Part shown: positions 34,821 through 49,300 of the stretch, in pieces
Position numbering within the stretch: the first letter of the stretch is position 1
Layout of the letters: each line of letters begins with the position of its first letter
From: Phaeosaccion multiseriatum
Lineage: Eukaryota > Protista > Ochrophyta, other classes
Direction of reading: 5' to 3'
Assembly: GCA_965112735.1 (NCBI GenBank)
Contig: OZ218951.1
Span: 248,001 to 312,000, forward strand
DNA length: 64,000 bases
The notes under the pieces: generated by a model
What the model saw: the letters and a program-made list of their open reading frames with translations, nothing else
Database searches by the model: none
Told to the model about the DNA's origin: nothing
Made by a program: the position numbers and the translations under genes

Positions 34821-36455
34821 ATTTCATCTCTCTGAGAGCAGCTCGCTGCTCATCCCTTCCCCTCTCGATACACTGGCTGCTTACACGCCTCACTATCAAA
34901 GCATTTGTTCTACCCCCCTGGTGTATCTGTAGCTCGGGGGTGATAGTCTCACGCATCTCCTGAGCCCCACAAGCAGCTCGTGTCCGCCAGCTCCCAGCCA
35001 CGGTCAGCACACGCTGCTCAAAATGTCAGAGGAAGCAGCAAGAGGAGGCAGGTGTAAGTGTATGGGCAGGACATCGACATTGGATATCGAGGAGGTCTAT
35101 TTAGGTCAAATTGGGGACAATGGGAGGGGCGGTTCAGTGACGAAGCCGTGTCGGGGGGCAAAGGGATGAGGCCGTGTAGGGGGCAAAGGGGAGTGACAAG
35201 GCCGTGTAATAATAATAAGGAAAGGAGTATCAGGACAAGGGCAGAAAGGGCATTGGGGAAAACGTAAGGACAGGACGACATCATCACAAGGGTACTTAAA
35301 GTACACAACATTACGTTAAGTACCCTTGGCATCTGTCTTGGAGTGAGCGGTAGGCCTCTAGGAGGCTACTGAGAGCTGTTCCGGGAAGGGTCGTCACTGC
35401 CCTTGGCCCGGAGGCTAACAGCCGGCATTCGACTTGTTGTCTCACGATGCGCATGTTCAAACTCGCTAAAACAGTAGTTGTGGGGGTGGAGGGCTGTTTG
35501 GGTGTCTCTAAAACGGTAGTGTCTTGCTTGGAGGTGAGTGGCCCGATAGTATGCTATCGAGAAAAAGAGGAAGGGGAGGAAAGGGGGGGGGGGGGTGGGC
35601 CCTGACGCTCATGGCTTGGAGCCAGACACATGGGCGGGTCCGTAACCTGCCCTTCCGGCCGTGACCTGCCTTTTTCGGTGGTTTATCGTTTTACTCGCAG
35701 TGGATGGGGATAAAAATGCATTATTTCTTATTTTCTTAGAGTTAGCCTGGCGTCGGCACAAGGCCTGCAGCGGCGGTCGCACGTGTCTTCTTCAACCCCC
35801 TTTGCTTGCGCGTACATGACCCTGCAGAAATGGTGTGAAGTCCTATCGCATTGGTCTTCTTTGCAGCCAGGTGTCGAGGTCAGGGTACTAGCGAGCCGGA
35901 CGGCTTTACAGGCGTCCTCGTAGGAGGAGCACCCCTGCGAGTAGGTAGGCGGTGCATTTTGTGCTTCTCGCTCCCAGCGCCGTGAGCCGGCGCAGTCCTC
36001 AAATCACTCCCTACTGTGCCCCCACCTCCACTTCCAACCCCTCCTCCGCCCCCGGAAGGGATCTTCCCTCTGCTAGCGGCACCACTCTCTCCTCCACTTG
36101 CCCCCATGCCCCCCCCCCCCCCTGCCTCCCTCCTCCCCCCCCCTGACGTGCTTGTGCTCCCTCTTCCACCAAGCCTCCCTTTGCTACCCCCCTTGGATGG
36201 TGTGCTCCCTCCTCCGCCGCGATTCGCTTCCCCCCCTCCCCCCCTGCCATGCCTCCCTCTGCGTCCAGTGCCATCCCTACCTGCTGTGCTCCTTTCTGCA
36301 CCTCGTACTTGGCCTCTCGCTGCGTGCTCCACACGCTGCCTGCATCAGGTAAGCCGCATCCCCCTTGTCCTCTCTGGCCCCTCCCTCTGCCACGACTCTT
36401 GGGCCTCCCTCTCTCCCTTCCTCCTCCCTCTCCTTCCCCTCCGCTCCTCCTCCCC

Positions 36456-39400
36456 CTAGGCCATCCCGTCCGTGAGCAACAGCGTCACCAGCACCTGCAC
36501 CACCGGGCTTGCAGTGATGTCAAGACCCGGGCACTCTATCTTGTCGAACAACAATTGGTCCACGCGCTCACGGAGCTCGTTCACAAGCACGGAGATGCGC
36601 GCCATGGCGGAGAAGCGGATCCACCCATCGATGGTCACCTGCGCAGCACCATCACACACACACATCCACACAAGCGTTACAGAAGAGGGGGGGGGGGAGG
36701 AGGAGTGGAGAGGATGGTCGGTGGGAGAGAGAGAGAGACGGGTGTGGAAGGTGACGGTGGTAGAGAAGGAGAGGGTAGAGAGAGGGGGAGAGGGAGAGCA
36801 CCGAGCAGGAGAAGGGTCCCCATGCGGTGTGGCGCCTCTCCTCTCTCTCCTTACGTAAGCCCACGTAAGTGACGTACGTACCTTGCCCTGCATGCCTGCC
36901 ACGCTGAGCTCCCCTCCAAAGAGCATGAGTGCGTAGGGGGACACCTCCGTGCTGTCGCGGATGAACACCTGCAAGGGCATCATGTAGAGGCATATAGGCA
37001 GAGGCGTACAGGGAGGCAGTCGCAAGGGTATCATGTAGAGGCATATAGGCAGAGGCATACGGGCAGTCGTAAGGGCATCATGTAGAGGCATACCGGCAGT
37101 GTCAGGGGTGGGGAGGGGGGGGGGGGATTGAGCGCGTCGTGTCGATGGAAGGAAGGAAGGGAAAGAGAGAGTGAGTAAGTGAGAGAGAGAGAGAGAGAGT
37201 GAGAGAGAGGACTCCCTCACCACCACTCACCTGTCTATCCACTGAAATGCCTCTCCCTTCCCCTCCCCTTCCATCCCCTCCCCCCCCATCGACTGCCATC
37301 TTCTTACCTTGCTGGTGGCCACCCTCTCGTTGTAGACCAGCCAGGGCGAGGAGAAGCTGTTGGTGTGAAAGTTCACAGATGCCGGGTGCAGGAACACGCG
37401 ATCGTCCCACTCGCGTCCCCCCGGTCCGTGCCTACCCCCGCCGCCGGAGCCAGTACCAGTGCCAGTGCTAGTGCCATAGCCTCGTCCACCATTAACGCTA
37501 CCGTTAGGGCCATTACCGCCGTATCCCCTTCCACGGCTCGCGTTGCCTCCTCCTTGCTGCTGTACGACGGGGTATGGGGGGACGAGAGGGAGCGAGGGAA
37601 GCACATGAAAGCGGATGAAACTTGATGCTAGGGGACCTAAGTGCTTTGAAAAATCAATGCGATCAATCAGTGGGAGGCAATCCCTCTCCTTCGACCCTTG
37701 TTGAGCGTATGACGGACAGACCAGTTCAAACCCATCCCTTCCTCACTCCCTTCCCAACCAAAGCTCGACCTCTCTTGAGCCTCACATGGTCCACACGCTC
37801 CTCCCCCTCGCCGCCCCATCTGGACTTTCCTATATATATATACTATATATAATATATATATACATCTAAGCGTTATATATATCCACGCCTCCCCCTCCTG
37901 CTGCTACTGCCGCTGGTACCTCTACCTACCCGCTGGTACTGCTGCTGCTGCTGCTGCTGTTGGGAGCCGTAGCCCCCTCCTCCTCCTCCTCCTCCTCCTC
38001 TTCCTCCTGCTGCTCCTGGTCCGCTGCCGCCACTACCTGGCGCCCCTCCCGGCAGGTACTCCTCCCCCATGGAAGCAGAGGCCGCCCTGGTGAAGAACTT
38101 GAAGTGACTCGCCTCGCTGCGCTGCACCACTGCACCCACACCCACCAGGTCCACGTACTGAGAGATGGCAGGGGATGGCAGGGGATGGTAGGAGATGGCA
38201 GAGGAGGAGGGGGGGGGGGGGATACGCATGTATACATACATTGTACAGGTCGGGCATTGCGTGAGGAAAGGGCTGTACGTGTGGCTGGTACGTGCGTGTG
38301 TGTGGGTGTGTGTGTGGGGGGGATGTGTGTGGGGGTGTGTGTACATGCGTGGGAAGATCTCCAATGCGAGGGTACTCGAAGTGGCGATCAAAATCCTCTG
38401 CGCTGGACTCAATGCCCATCTCCCTCCCTCCCCCTCCCCATCCCCATCCACTGCCATCCCTCCCTCATCCCCATCCACTGCCATCCCCCCCCCCCTTCCT
38501 TCCTCCCTCCCCACCCACTACTACCATTCCCTCTTCCCCATCCGTCAACTGCCATCCATCCGCTCACCTTCTCTTCGGGCCGCACCACCTTGACAACGTT
38601 GGGGTACAGGGCAGCGCACACGGCGGCCCTGACCACCCTCCATGAAGAGGCGTTGGCGTTGACAGGGGCACACGCGTCAAGAGCCTCGCGAGGGGAACGG
38701 ATGAAGTCGATGCCAGCCAGGGCCTCTAGCAGCTGCCTGCGGGCGTGTGTGTGTGTGTGTGTGTGCGTGCGTGCGTGCGTGTGTGTGCGTGCGTGCGTGT
38801 GTGTGCGTGTGTGTGCGTGTCAGTGTGTGGTTGTGTGTGTGCGTGTGAGTGTGAGTGAGTGTGAGTGCGTGTGTGTGTGCGTGTGAGTGAGTGTGAGTGA
38901 GTGTATGTGTGTGTGTGTAATAAAGGGAGGGAGGAGGGGGAGGGGGAGTCCTCGGTGCTCAGGGTAAGCATCGGCCTAAAATGAAGCAGCCTACACAAAG
39001 TTCCCAGCGCTCTCATCAGATTTAGACTTAGGCGTGAGGTGAGGTGTGTGTGGGGTGAGGGGAGGGGAGGGGAGGGGAGAGGAGGTGAGGGACGTGGTTC
39101 TTCGCTCTGCCTGCGTGTCAGCAAGTTGTGGCAGTTAAACGCCAGTCAAACGCCAGTCATGTTGCAGTCAAACGCCAGTATGAAGTATGAATCACCTGCG
39201 GAGGTCCCCTATCTCCTTCATGCGGTCGAAGCTCAGGCCGTGGCTGTTACAGTAGTCCCTCTTGGCTCGCTGGCCACCCCTGCCCGCCGCCTCCCACTCG
39301 TCCACTGCAACAGCAAGCAGCAAGTGGTCGCTCCTGAGGTACGAGAGAGAGAGAGGGGGAGGGGGAGGGAGAGAGAAGGTATGGGGGGGGGGGGGTGGGG

Positions 39401-42400
39401 AGGGAAAGAGAGAGAGAGAGTGAGAGAGGAGAGCGCAGTTGGTTATGCAGGGGCAACAGCAAGCAGCCATCCATCGGGCCCATTTTCGCGAGCATCATTC
39501 GAAATAAATCTCCCTCTCTCCTCTTCTCCATCTCTCTGTCTCTCCCTCTCTCCCTCCCAACAGTGTGAGTGTGTGCCCTTCCCTCCCTCTCACCGACTCC
39601 CACCTCCCCTCCCCATACGCCTCCACCCTCCACCCAGTGACACCTACTAAGTCAACAAACAGCCCACTATTAGCCGCCTGCTAACCCCCCCACCCCCTCC
39701 CACAGACACCGACCTCCCCCCGGCCTTCTTGGCCAGAGCAAGGCGTCCTGCGTCGATGTCGGCCTTGCGTTGTCGGTCGTTACCCCCCGACAGAAAGGGG
39801 CTCCTGCAGCTCAGAGCCGCCGCGATGGCCGAGAGGCGATCTAGACAGCCAAGAAGGCAGCCGAAGACAAGCATCTTCCCCACTCGGGGGGGGCAGGGGA
39901 GGGCGGCGAGGTGCCAGCCCAGGGGGGACAGCTCCATTTGGTCGTGCCCCTCCGCTCTGGGGGCGGATGGGGGGTGGGTGGGTGGTGGAGCGGGTTGAGG
40001 AGTGAGTAAGGCAGTGAGTAGGGGAGTGAGGAGGGTGGGTGAGTAGGGGAGTAGGGTGGAAAGAGGGGTGGGAAGGGGCAAAAGATTGAGTGAGGTGTGT
40101 CAGCATGTGCAAGCATACGGAGAGACGCGTTGAGGGAGGGGGAGAGTGCAGAGAGTGCAGGGTAGGGACTGACTCGAGGGCAAGGCGGTGGCGCACTCAT
40201 TGCCAGAAAGGCACGCGTTGTTCTGCTCGTCTACTTGTCTGCTCCACTGCATTTCTGCCGGGCACCAGCCGCCTGATACCTGCCCGACTCACTGACACCA
40301 GGTACTGATTTGACAGACTAACTGACTGACACCAGGCACTGACTGACTGACTGACACCAGGCACTGACTGACCTCTGCTTGTTGGTGAGAGGGACGGCTG
40401 CCTTCTGCAGGGCCTTGAGCTGTGTGAGCAAGTGCACTGCTGACGAAATGGCCCTTGGATGGGGAGGGTCCAGCGCTCGCCCTAGCACCGACGCCGGGCT
40501 CTGCTCACAGGGGGGGGGTGTTGATGAGAAGGAGGTTGTCGATATACATGGCGATGAGAAGGGAGCCTTACCCTGCCAGACAGACAGACAGAGCGTGTGC
40601 TCTTCTCTTACTCCCCATCCACTGCCATCCCTTCTCCCCATCCACTGCCATCCCTCACCTGAGTGATGCCCAGGGCCTTGATGGTGAGCACGAGCTGCTC
40701 CAGGGGGACTCTGCTCCAGGGGGAGGGACATACCCAGGGGGGAGGAGAGAACATTGGAGTGGAGAGAAGTAGAGAGAGGGAGAGATGGCATACGTGTAAG
40801 CACACACAGTGCCATACAGTGCCATACAGTGCCATACAGTGCCATACAGTGCCATACATCGAACGAGTGGGGGGCCTCGGCTGGCCCAGAGTGAGGATGG
40901 CGTTACAGATGGCGTTACAGTTGGGGGGGACTGACTCGCTATCACCGCTAGACATCGACACATCGATATCTGTGCATCGATATTTGATCCCGACACTCGA
41001 CACTCAATGTCGACACTCAAATGTCGACACTCCAATCCTACTTTCCTACAACAATACAGGGCACGCTGACACCGAGTCCCTTGAACCATCTCCATCTATC
41101 TAACCCCCATACACCTCTACTCTCTCTCCCCATACGCCTCTAATGCCCCACCTGAGCATCTCCGGAGTGCCGTGTAGAGGGAGCCTCGCGTGCGTGCTCT
41201 TGAGGATGAGGCGGAAACACACGCCCTCCTGTACACGCCCTGCTCGACCCTGTCATGTCACAAGTCACAACAAGAGAGGGCGGAGGAGTTCAGGTGAGAG
41301 GAGGGAAGGGGGGAGGGGCAGTGGAGAGGACGTCGAGAGCAGAGCTCGGGCTCTCTCTGGCGCAGTTTGAGATGGTAAGCACCCTTCTCTTCCACTCGCA
41401 AGCTCCAAGCCCGATCACAGGCAAGGCAGGTCGGGCCGCTCCTTCCATCCACTGCCATCCCCCCACGCACGCACGCACGCACCCACCTTTCTCTGCGTGA
41501 GGCTGTCCTTGCTGGCGAACTGTTCCTGGAGCCTTCGGATGGAGCGGAGAAGAGAGAAGGGCATCCATTCCATGAGGAGAGGACAGGAGGGGAGGGGAGC
41601 GGACGAGCGAGTCAAACACGAGCAGCAACAGCCGACAAGGCAGGGCTAGGGAGTTGGTGATACAGGGCAGGTCAGGGCAGGGAAGCCACTCCCCACTCCC
41701 CACTCCCCACTCCCCACTCCCCACTCCCCACCCATCCCATCTCCCCACCCCCCTACCCCACTCTCCTACCCGTCTGCTTGCCCCTGCGCGCAATCTGCCC
41801 CCTCCCCCCTCCCCCCTCCACTCCCCTCCCCTCCCCTCGCCTCCCCTGGCCGCTTGCTTCCTCACACCCACCCCTTCTGCATACCCTGGGCATCACCCAT
41901 CTACCCACCCACCCACCCCTTCTGTCTACCCTGGGCATCACCCACCTACCCTCCCATCCCTGTGCCTTACCTGGGCATCTGGCTGTGTACGTCGTAGCCC
42001 ATCTCCTTTACTCTGCAGCTGTCGAGCACGCACGTCACGTCGGGGATAGTGATGGAGGTTTCCGCCACGTTAGTGCTCACCACCACCTTGCGCTGCCCGG
42101 AGGGGGGCCGTCGGAACACCTGCATGCACGCACACACGCATGCACACACGCACGCACACACACGCACACACGCACACACGCACACACACACGCACACACG
42201 CACGCACACACGCATGCAGGCACCACGCACGGGGCAGGAGGTGTGAGGGGTGTGAGGAGGTGAGGGGTGAGGGGTGAGGGGTGAGGAAACAAGTCAACAA
42301 AAGTGGTCGGTTCAGGAGGACACCAACGCTCCCTCCCTCCCTCTCCACACACGCAGCACGTACGCACGCACACAAACATAACATACAAACACAAACACAC

Positions 42401-45400
42401 ACAAACCTTCTGCTGCTCCGCCGGTGGCAGCGCTCCATGCAGCGGCAGTACCCACAGCCGGCCCTCCCCCCACCTCTCGAGCTCCCTGCACAGTCTCCCA
42501 ATCTCCCCTACCCCCGGCATGAACACAAGCACCGCGCCTCCTTCCCTCAACCCCTCCTTCCCCGACCCTGGTGTGAGGGCGTCTCCCCTCTCGGAGGTTA
42601 GGAAGAGCACCATCTTGGCGAGCAAGTCGAAGTCTAAGGCCTCTTCGTCGATGTTGGTCAAGTCAGCTCCTCCTCTCCCCCCCCCCTCGCCCCCCTCCTG
42701 CCCTCCCTGCCCGTTGTCGCCCCTTCCTCGCGTCCCAAAGGGGTCGTCCCCTTCTTCTCGTTCTTCCTCCCCCTCTTCCTCCTCCTCCTCCTCTTCCTCC
42801 GCCTGGCCTCCTCCGTCCCCTGCTGCCCCTGCTGCCCCTGCTGCTCCTCCCCCCCCCCCCTGCCCCCTCCTCCTCCTCTTGGGCGCGTGTCCCGTGGCCT
42901 TGAGGGCGTCCTCCAAGAAGAACTCCTTGACTGAAGTGATGTCAAGCAGAGAGGTCAAGCAGAGAGGTCAAGCAAAGAGGTCAAGCGCAAATTTCATATA
43001 GCAGTCAAGAGCAATCGAGCACGAGATGTGAAGAAGCGATTGTCATGCATCATTCGCAGGCATCGCATGGCATTGAAGCCAACAACAAGGGAAGGCAGGG
43101 GGCAAAGGAAGCCAAGTGAGCGCTACGCCAAGGCTCCATCCTTCCAGTGAGAGAGATACAGAGGAAGCACACGCTCGTACGGAGTGTAAGCCCGGTACAA
43201 AAGGCCTCGACTCACGCACGCACGCACGCACGCACGCACCCACGCACCCACGCACCCACGCACCCACACACCTGGGAAGGTCCTCCCCGGGATGTGCAGA
43301 ATGGGTGATGCCTGCGGCTTGCTACCCGTCTGCCCGTGTCGGATGTCAGCGGACGGCACGTCGCTGAAGTACGCCGCAAAGCGCTTCGTATCTAAAGTGG
43401 CCGACATGAGAATCACCTGAAGGGGTGTGGAGGGGTGTGTGTGGGCAGGGTAGAGGTGTGTGAGCAGGGTAAAGACAGGGTACAGGTGTATGGGCAGGGC
43501 AGAGGTGTATGGGCAGGGCAGAGGTGTATGGGCAGGGTAGAGGTGTATGGGCAGGGTAGAGGTGCATGGGCAGGGCAGAGGTGTATGGGTAGGGTAGAGG
43601 TGTATGGGCAGGGTAGAGGTGTATGGTCAGGGTGGAGGTGTGTGGGCAGGGCAGAGGTGTATGGGCAGGGCAGAGGTGTATGGGAAGAAGAGGAGAGACA
43701 GGCAGACAAGCAGGCCGGAGTGGGGGGGGCAGAAGAGAAGCGAAGAACAGAGCCTCCTAATGCAGTGCGTGAGTGCGTGAGTGAGTGAGTGGGTGAGTGA
43801 GTGAGTGAGTTAGTGAGTGCGTGAGTGAGTGAGTGGGTGAGTGAGTGAGTGAGTGAGTGAGTGAGTGAGTGAGTGAGTGAGTGAGTGAGTGAGTGAGTGA
43901 GTGAGTGAGTGAGTGAGTGAGTGAGTGAGTGAGTGAGTGGGTGAGTGAGTCATAGACTTACCTTGAGCTTGGGGCGCTTTGGCAGGATGGTCTTGAGTAA
44001 CGCCAGGAGGAAGTCCGCCTCCAAGTGCCGTTCGTGCACCTCGTCGATCACCAGGTGGGTCAGCTCTGGGCATGTCAGAGGCATATAGGCATACAGGTAT
44101 ACAGGCATATAGCGGCATACAGGCAGGGAGAGGCCGGGCATAGAGGGGCGCAATGGCAGCAGATGGACAGGTAAGGTTTGGCCCTAAAACGGGTATTGTT
44201 ACCACGTAAGTATGCACGTAAGCAAAAGCTTCGGCAAGCACAAGCAGGGTTTAGCAAGGCTACTAAAAGGCCTAGAGAGAAAAGGCAGGGTCGTGAACCA
44301 ACAAAAAGCCTCCCCCAGCCTACAATATCGAACAGCCCGACGTACACCACCACCCCGAGGTACAAGAACACCACCACCCCGACCCAGAGTCCCACCTCCC
44401 ATCCCTCCTTTCCCTTCCTGCTCCTTCCTACTCTTGAGCAGCAGGTCTCCAGACCTACCACACCAGCACCCCGACCCAGAACCCCTCCCACCCCGACCCA
44501 GTACTGCTTTCTACCCCCCCCCCTCGTAGCCCTTCTTACCGTGGAGCAGCGGGTCTCCCTGCATCCTCCTGAGCAACACCCCGGTGGTGCAGAAGAGTAG
44601 GCGAGTGCGGTTGGACACAGCGCTGTCTCCGCGGATCTTGTAACCGACGCTCTGCCCTACTGACTCGCATCGTTCGTCCGCCACACGACCCGCCACACCC
44701 ACAGCAGCAATCCTGAGGGGGGGGGGAGGAAGGGAGAGGGAGGGGGAGAGGGAGAGGGAAGAGGGAGAGGGAGAGGGAGAGGGAGAGGGAGAGGGAAGAG
44801 GGAGAGGGAGAGGGAAGAGGGAAAGGGAGAGGGAGAGGGAGAGGGAGAGGGAGAGGGAGAGGGAGAGGGAGAGGGAGAGGGAGAGGGAGAGGGAGAGGGA
44901 GAGGGAGAGGGAGAGGGAGAGGGAGAGGGAGAGGGAGAGGGAGAGGGAGAGGGGGAGGGAGAGGGGGAGGGAGAGGGAGAGGGAGAGGGAGAGGGAGAGG
45001 GAGAGGGAGAGGGGGAGGGGGAGGGGAGAGGGGGAGGGAGAGGGAGAGGGGAGAGGGAGACGGAGACGGAGAGGGAGAGGGAGAGGGAGAGGGAGAGGGG
45101 GAGGGAGAGGGAGAGGGAGAGGGAGAGGGAGAGGGAGAGGGAGAGGGAGAGGGAGAGGGAGAGGGAGAGGGAGAGGGAGAGGGAGAGGGAGAGGGAGAGG
45201 GAGAGGGGGAGGGAGAGGGAGAGGGAGAGGGAGAGGGAGAGGGAAGAGGGAGAGGGAGAGGGAGATGGGAGTAGACGGGAGGGATGAGGAGCACGATGGG
45301 GAATAAAAGGGGGAGGGGCGCACCGAGACAAGTAAGAGCGCTGCCGCTGCCTGTCGCCCCCGAGCCCCACACACCTTCTTGGACAGACACACTGGTCAGA

Positions 45401-45846
45401 CCACATCCATGGCATAGCATAGCATAGCCCCTCCTCCTTCCCTCCTTCCCTCTCCTCCTTCCCTGCTTCCCTCTCCTCCTTCCCTCCTTCCCTCTCCTCC
45501 CTTCCCTGCTTCCCTCTCCTCCCTTCCCTGCTTCCCTCTCCTCTTTCCCTGCTTCCCTCTCCTCCTTCCCTGCTTCCCTCTTCCCCCTTCCCTCCCTCTC
45601 CTCCCCTCTTCCCTCTTCCCTCTTCTCTTCTCTCCTTTACCTCCTGGGTTGCGTAATGACCACTCGGAAGTCGTCTCCTCCCTTGCCCTGCTCCCACGCC
45701 TCCAGCAGGAACTGCGGGATTTGTGTGGTCTTGCCGCAGCCTGTCTCACCAGAGATGAGCACCACCTTCTCCGGCCATAGGGTAGGCAGGCAGGGGGGCA
45801 GGCAGGCAGGCAGGCAGGGGGGCAGGCAGGCAGGCAGGCAGGGGGG

Positions 45847-45879
<33 letters not shown>

Positions 45880-46307
45880 AGGGAGGGAGGGAGGGAGGGA
45901 GGGAGGGAGGGAGGGAGGGAGGGAGGGAGGGAGGGAGGGAGGGAGGGAGGGAGGGAGGGAGGGAGGGAGGGAGGGAGGGAAAGGCAGAGGGGCAGAGGGG
46001 CGGCACAGCGCCTGGGTGAGTGCCGGGAAACCGTGTCGGCCGAGAGGGAGGGCAGGCGGGGAGGGGGGGAGCCGTCGCATCGCCACCCTCTATACTACCC
46101 CAGTCTGCAGCTTCCTTCCTAAACGCAACAACAAAGGAGCACTCAGCACTACACTTCCCATCACCCTTCCTACCGCATGTCAACAATCACCCCTACCGTA
46201 TGTCAACAATCGCCCCGACGGATATGCACACGTAGATACACACACGTAAACATTACAAACACACATAAACACACAGACAAACACACACGCAGATACACAC
46301 TCTCTCC

Positions 46308-46348
<41 letters not shown>

Positions 46349-49300
46349 TCGTACCTGTGAGGACCTGACGTGCGCGAGCAGCTCTGGGCGTGCCTTGGCA
46401 GCAGGCAGGGCATCCCTCTCCCTCTTCATTGCAGCGAACTTGCCGGTCTTCTCCACAGCATCCCGCCCCTCCCTCCTCTCCCCCAGGGGGAGTGGAGGGG
46501 GGCCCGAATGGCCGTGACGCTGCGATAGTCTATTGTTGGGCCCTCTCCCTCCTCCCCCTCCTCCTCCTCCTCCTCCTCCTCCTCCTCCTGCTCCTCCTCC
46601 TCCTCCTCCTCCCCCTCCTCCTCCTCCTCCTCCTCCTCCTCCTCCTCCTCCTCCTCCTCCTCCTCCTCCTCCCCCTCCTCCTGCTCCTCCTCCTCCTCCT
46701 CCTCCTCCTCCTCCTCCTCCTCCTCCCCAGAGCTGCTCGCCTCTGTGGCCTACGAGGCGAGGGCGCTTCTTCCACGGCTTTGCTGCTGAGTGGACTTGGG
46801 TCCCCTCCCCGCCCCCAACTCCACCCCGCAAAGGGGGAGGGGGTCCACCCTTGCTGCCCTTGCTGCCCAGGGGAGGCGCTGGTGTTGGTTTGGGCTTGGC
46901 GGTATGCTTCTGCTGCTCAAGCTTGGGCATCCTCTCGTGCACCCACTCTTGCCCCCAGGATGCGAGCATGAAGCAGGAGGGCGCCCCCTTGAGCTCCAGA
47001 GCGTACACCCGCAGCTCCTCCTGGGCAGAGCGGAGGGCCTCACGCACTTGGGCATCAAGTTGGGCCCCTGAAGGGTTCAGCGTCGACGGTAAAGAGGTTC
47101 GCAGTCAACAGAACGGAAACGAGTAGGCACTATTCTGACAGCAAAGTGCGTGTATGTACGTGTGTGTGTGTGTGGTGTGTGTGCCTACACAGCCCCAAGT
47201 CCGGCGAGGAGGGGGGCGGCTCCCCGCCCGCCCACATACCCACCCACCCAGCCACGCACGCACCCACCCACCCGCCCACGCACCCACGCACGCACCCACG
47301 CACGCACCCACGCACGCACCCACGCACGCACCCACGCACGCACCTGCTTTGTTGGACTCCACTCTGAGCAGCGCCAAGGGAGCGGCGTGTGCAGGGTAGC
47401 CCCCCCTCCCGCCTATGCAAGGCACCCAGGCCTCCAGGTGCACGTGTTGTGCTCCACCCCTGCCTCCGCCTGCTGCCATTTGGAAGCTGACGAGCTTCCC
47501 CCCTGCCTGCAAATCTCCTACATGCACTGCCATCTGCCCCTCCTGTGCCTCCGAGTCGTCGCCAAAGATTGCCTCCAGGGCCTCGAGCTCCTGCCCCACC
47601 TCCTCCAAAGCCTCCGCCACCGCCTGACTCTCTCCCTCTCCTTCTTCCTCTGATTGGGTGTCCTGAGGAGGCCCATACCCGGGTAGCACCGCCCCACACA
47701 GCGCCACAAGGAGGGGGTGCAAGGTGTCTGGAGAGGGAGGAGTGTCGTCTGCTGCTTTCCCCTGCTGCAGCAACACGGCCTCGACCTCATCCACAGTGAA
47801 ACCGTACTCCAAGAGGCGGCAGAAAGTCGCCCTGTGCTGTTCCAGTCCTCCCCCTTCTCCTCTTCCTGCTGCTGCTGCTGCTGCTCTTTCTGCGGAATCA
47901 GAAGATTCCGTCGCCGAATCTCCCGTCGTGGAAGTGGGCAGCTGCACCTGTATGTCGTCATGAGTGTGATGTGTGTGTGCGATGCGTCAGTGTGATGAGT
48001 AAGGCAACTTCACCTGCCACCACCTACTGCACCGGTAGCCCAAGAGAAATGAGCTGTGCATCACCAACTGCTGTAATTGCAAACCTGTATGTTGTCATGT
48101 GTGATGACGTCGAGCATGCGGCCGGTTGGGTCTAAGACCTCGGGAAGGGCGGCCTCTTCGAGATGCCTCACGAGCCACTGCAGGAGGGAGTCGGCCTGAG
48201 CGTCCACCGCCTGCCTGTCCACTGCCATCTGAGGCTGGTCGACCTTGTTGAGCTTGGCCATCGACGAGGCTGTGTGAACGGCAGTGGATGGGGTGTCAGA
48301 TAAAGAGAGGAGGGGGAGGGAGAGAGGGAGAGAGAGGGGGGCAGCGAGAGGGAGAGGAGGAGGAGGAGGAGGAGGAGGAGGAGGAGGAGGAGGAGGAGGA
48401 GGAGAACGAGGAGGAGGAGGAGGAGAACGAGGAGGAGGAGGAGAACGAGGAGGAGGGGGAGGAGGAGGAGGAGGAAGAGAAGAAGGAGAAGAGGAGCGGT
48501 CGAGTTATCTGTGCCCTCGCAGAGGCGGATGAGCTCTCTCCAGCTATCGTACCGAATGCTTGCTCACCTCCGACTTGTTCTTTTACAGGGACTTCCGGCT
48601 CGGGATCCGCCGACATCTCCCAGCTATCCACCACTTCCGCAGCCCCTCCACCCGCCCCAGCCGCCACCAACCCCTCCCCCTGCTGCTGCTGTAGGACCAA
48701 CGGTTGCCCTTCCCCCATTGAGGCCGACAGCCCCGTCGCTCCACTGATGCCCAAGGTGCCTCTGACGGCCCTGAGTACGTCCTTCTCCTCGAAGCCCATG
48801 CCCTGTACCCTCTTCACCGCCTCCCTCTGCTCGGCACCTAGCCCGTCAAGCAGGGCCAAGAGCGCCTGTTCTGACTCCTCTGACTCGTCCTCGGCGGCCT
48901 CCTCCTCGCCCGGGTACGCACTGCCGCCGTCTTTTTCGTCAGAAGGGAAGGGAAGGGAAGGGAAAGGAAAGGAAGGGAAGGGAAGGGAAGGGAAGGGAAG
49001 GGAAGGGAAGGGAAGGGAAGGGAAGGGAAGGGAAGGGAAGGGAAGGGAAGGGAAGGGAAGGGAAGGGAAGGGAAGGGAAGGGAAAGGAAGGGCAGAGCAG
49101 GGCAGGGCAGGAAAGGGAAGGGAAGGGAAGGGAAGGGAGTGGTGGAGTGCAGTGGGGCGAAGTGGGGTGCAAGGGCAAAGTGCAAGGGCGTGAGTTGCTC
49201 AAGCGCAGGAGAGGACAAGAGAGAGCAGGCCCCCGCAGGATGGCAGCGGACGGAGCACAGGCTCGACGGACGCTCCAACGATTCAAGCGAACCTTCACGA

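Noticed and set aside
36349-36459. Plus-strand intron-like signal (CAG|GTAAGC...pyrimidine tract...TAG) antisense to the helicase end
   Set aside because: No convincing spliced ORF results; the tract is explained by a purine-rich 3' UTR on the minus strand
44511-46971. Pro/Leu/Ser- and Arg-rich ORFs
   Set aside because: They come from the intronic (GAGAGG)n array and from alternative frames of the helicase poly-Gly (GGA)n tract
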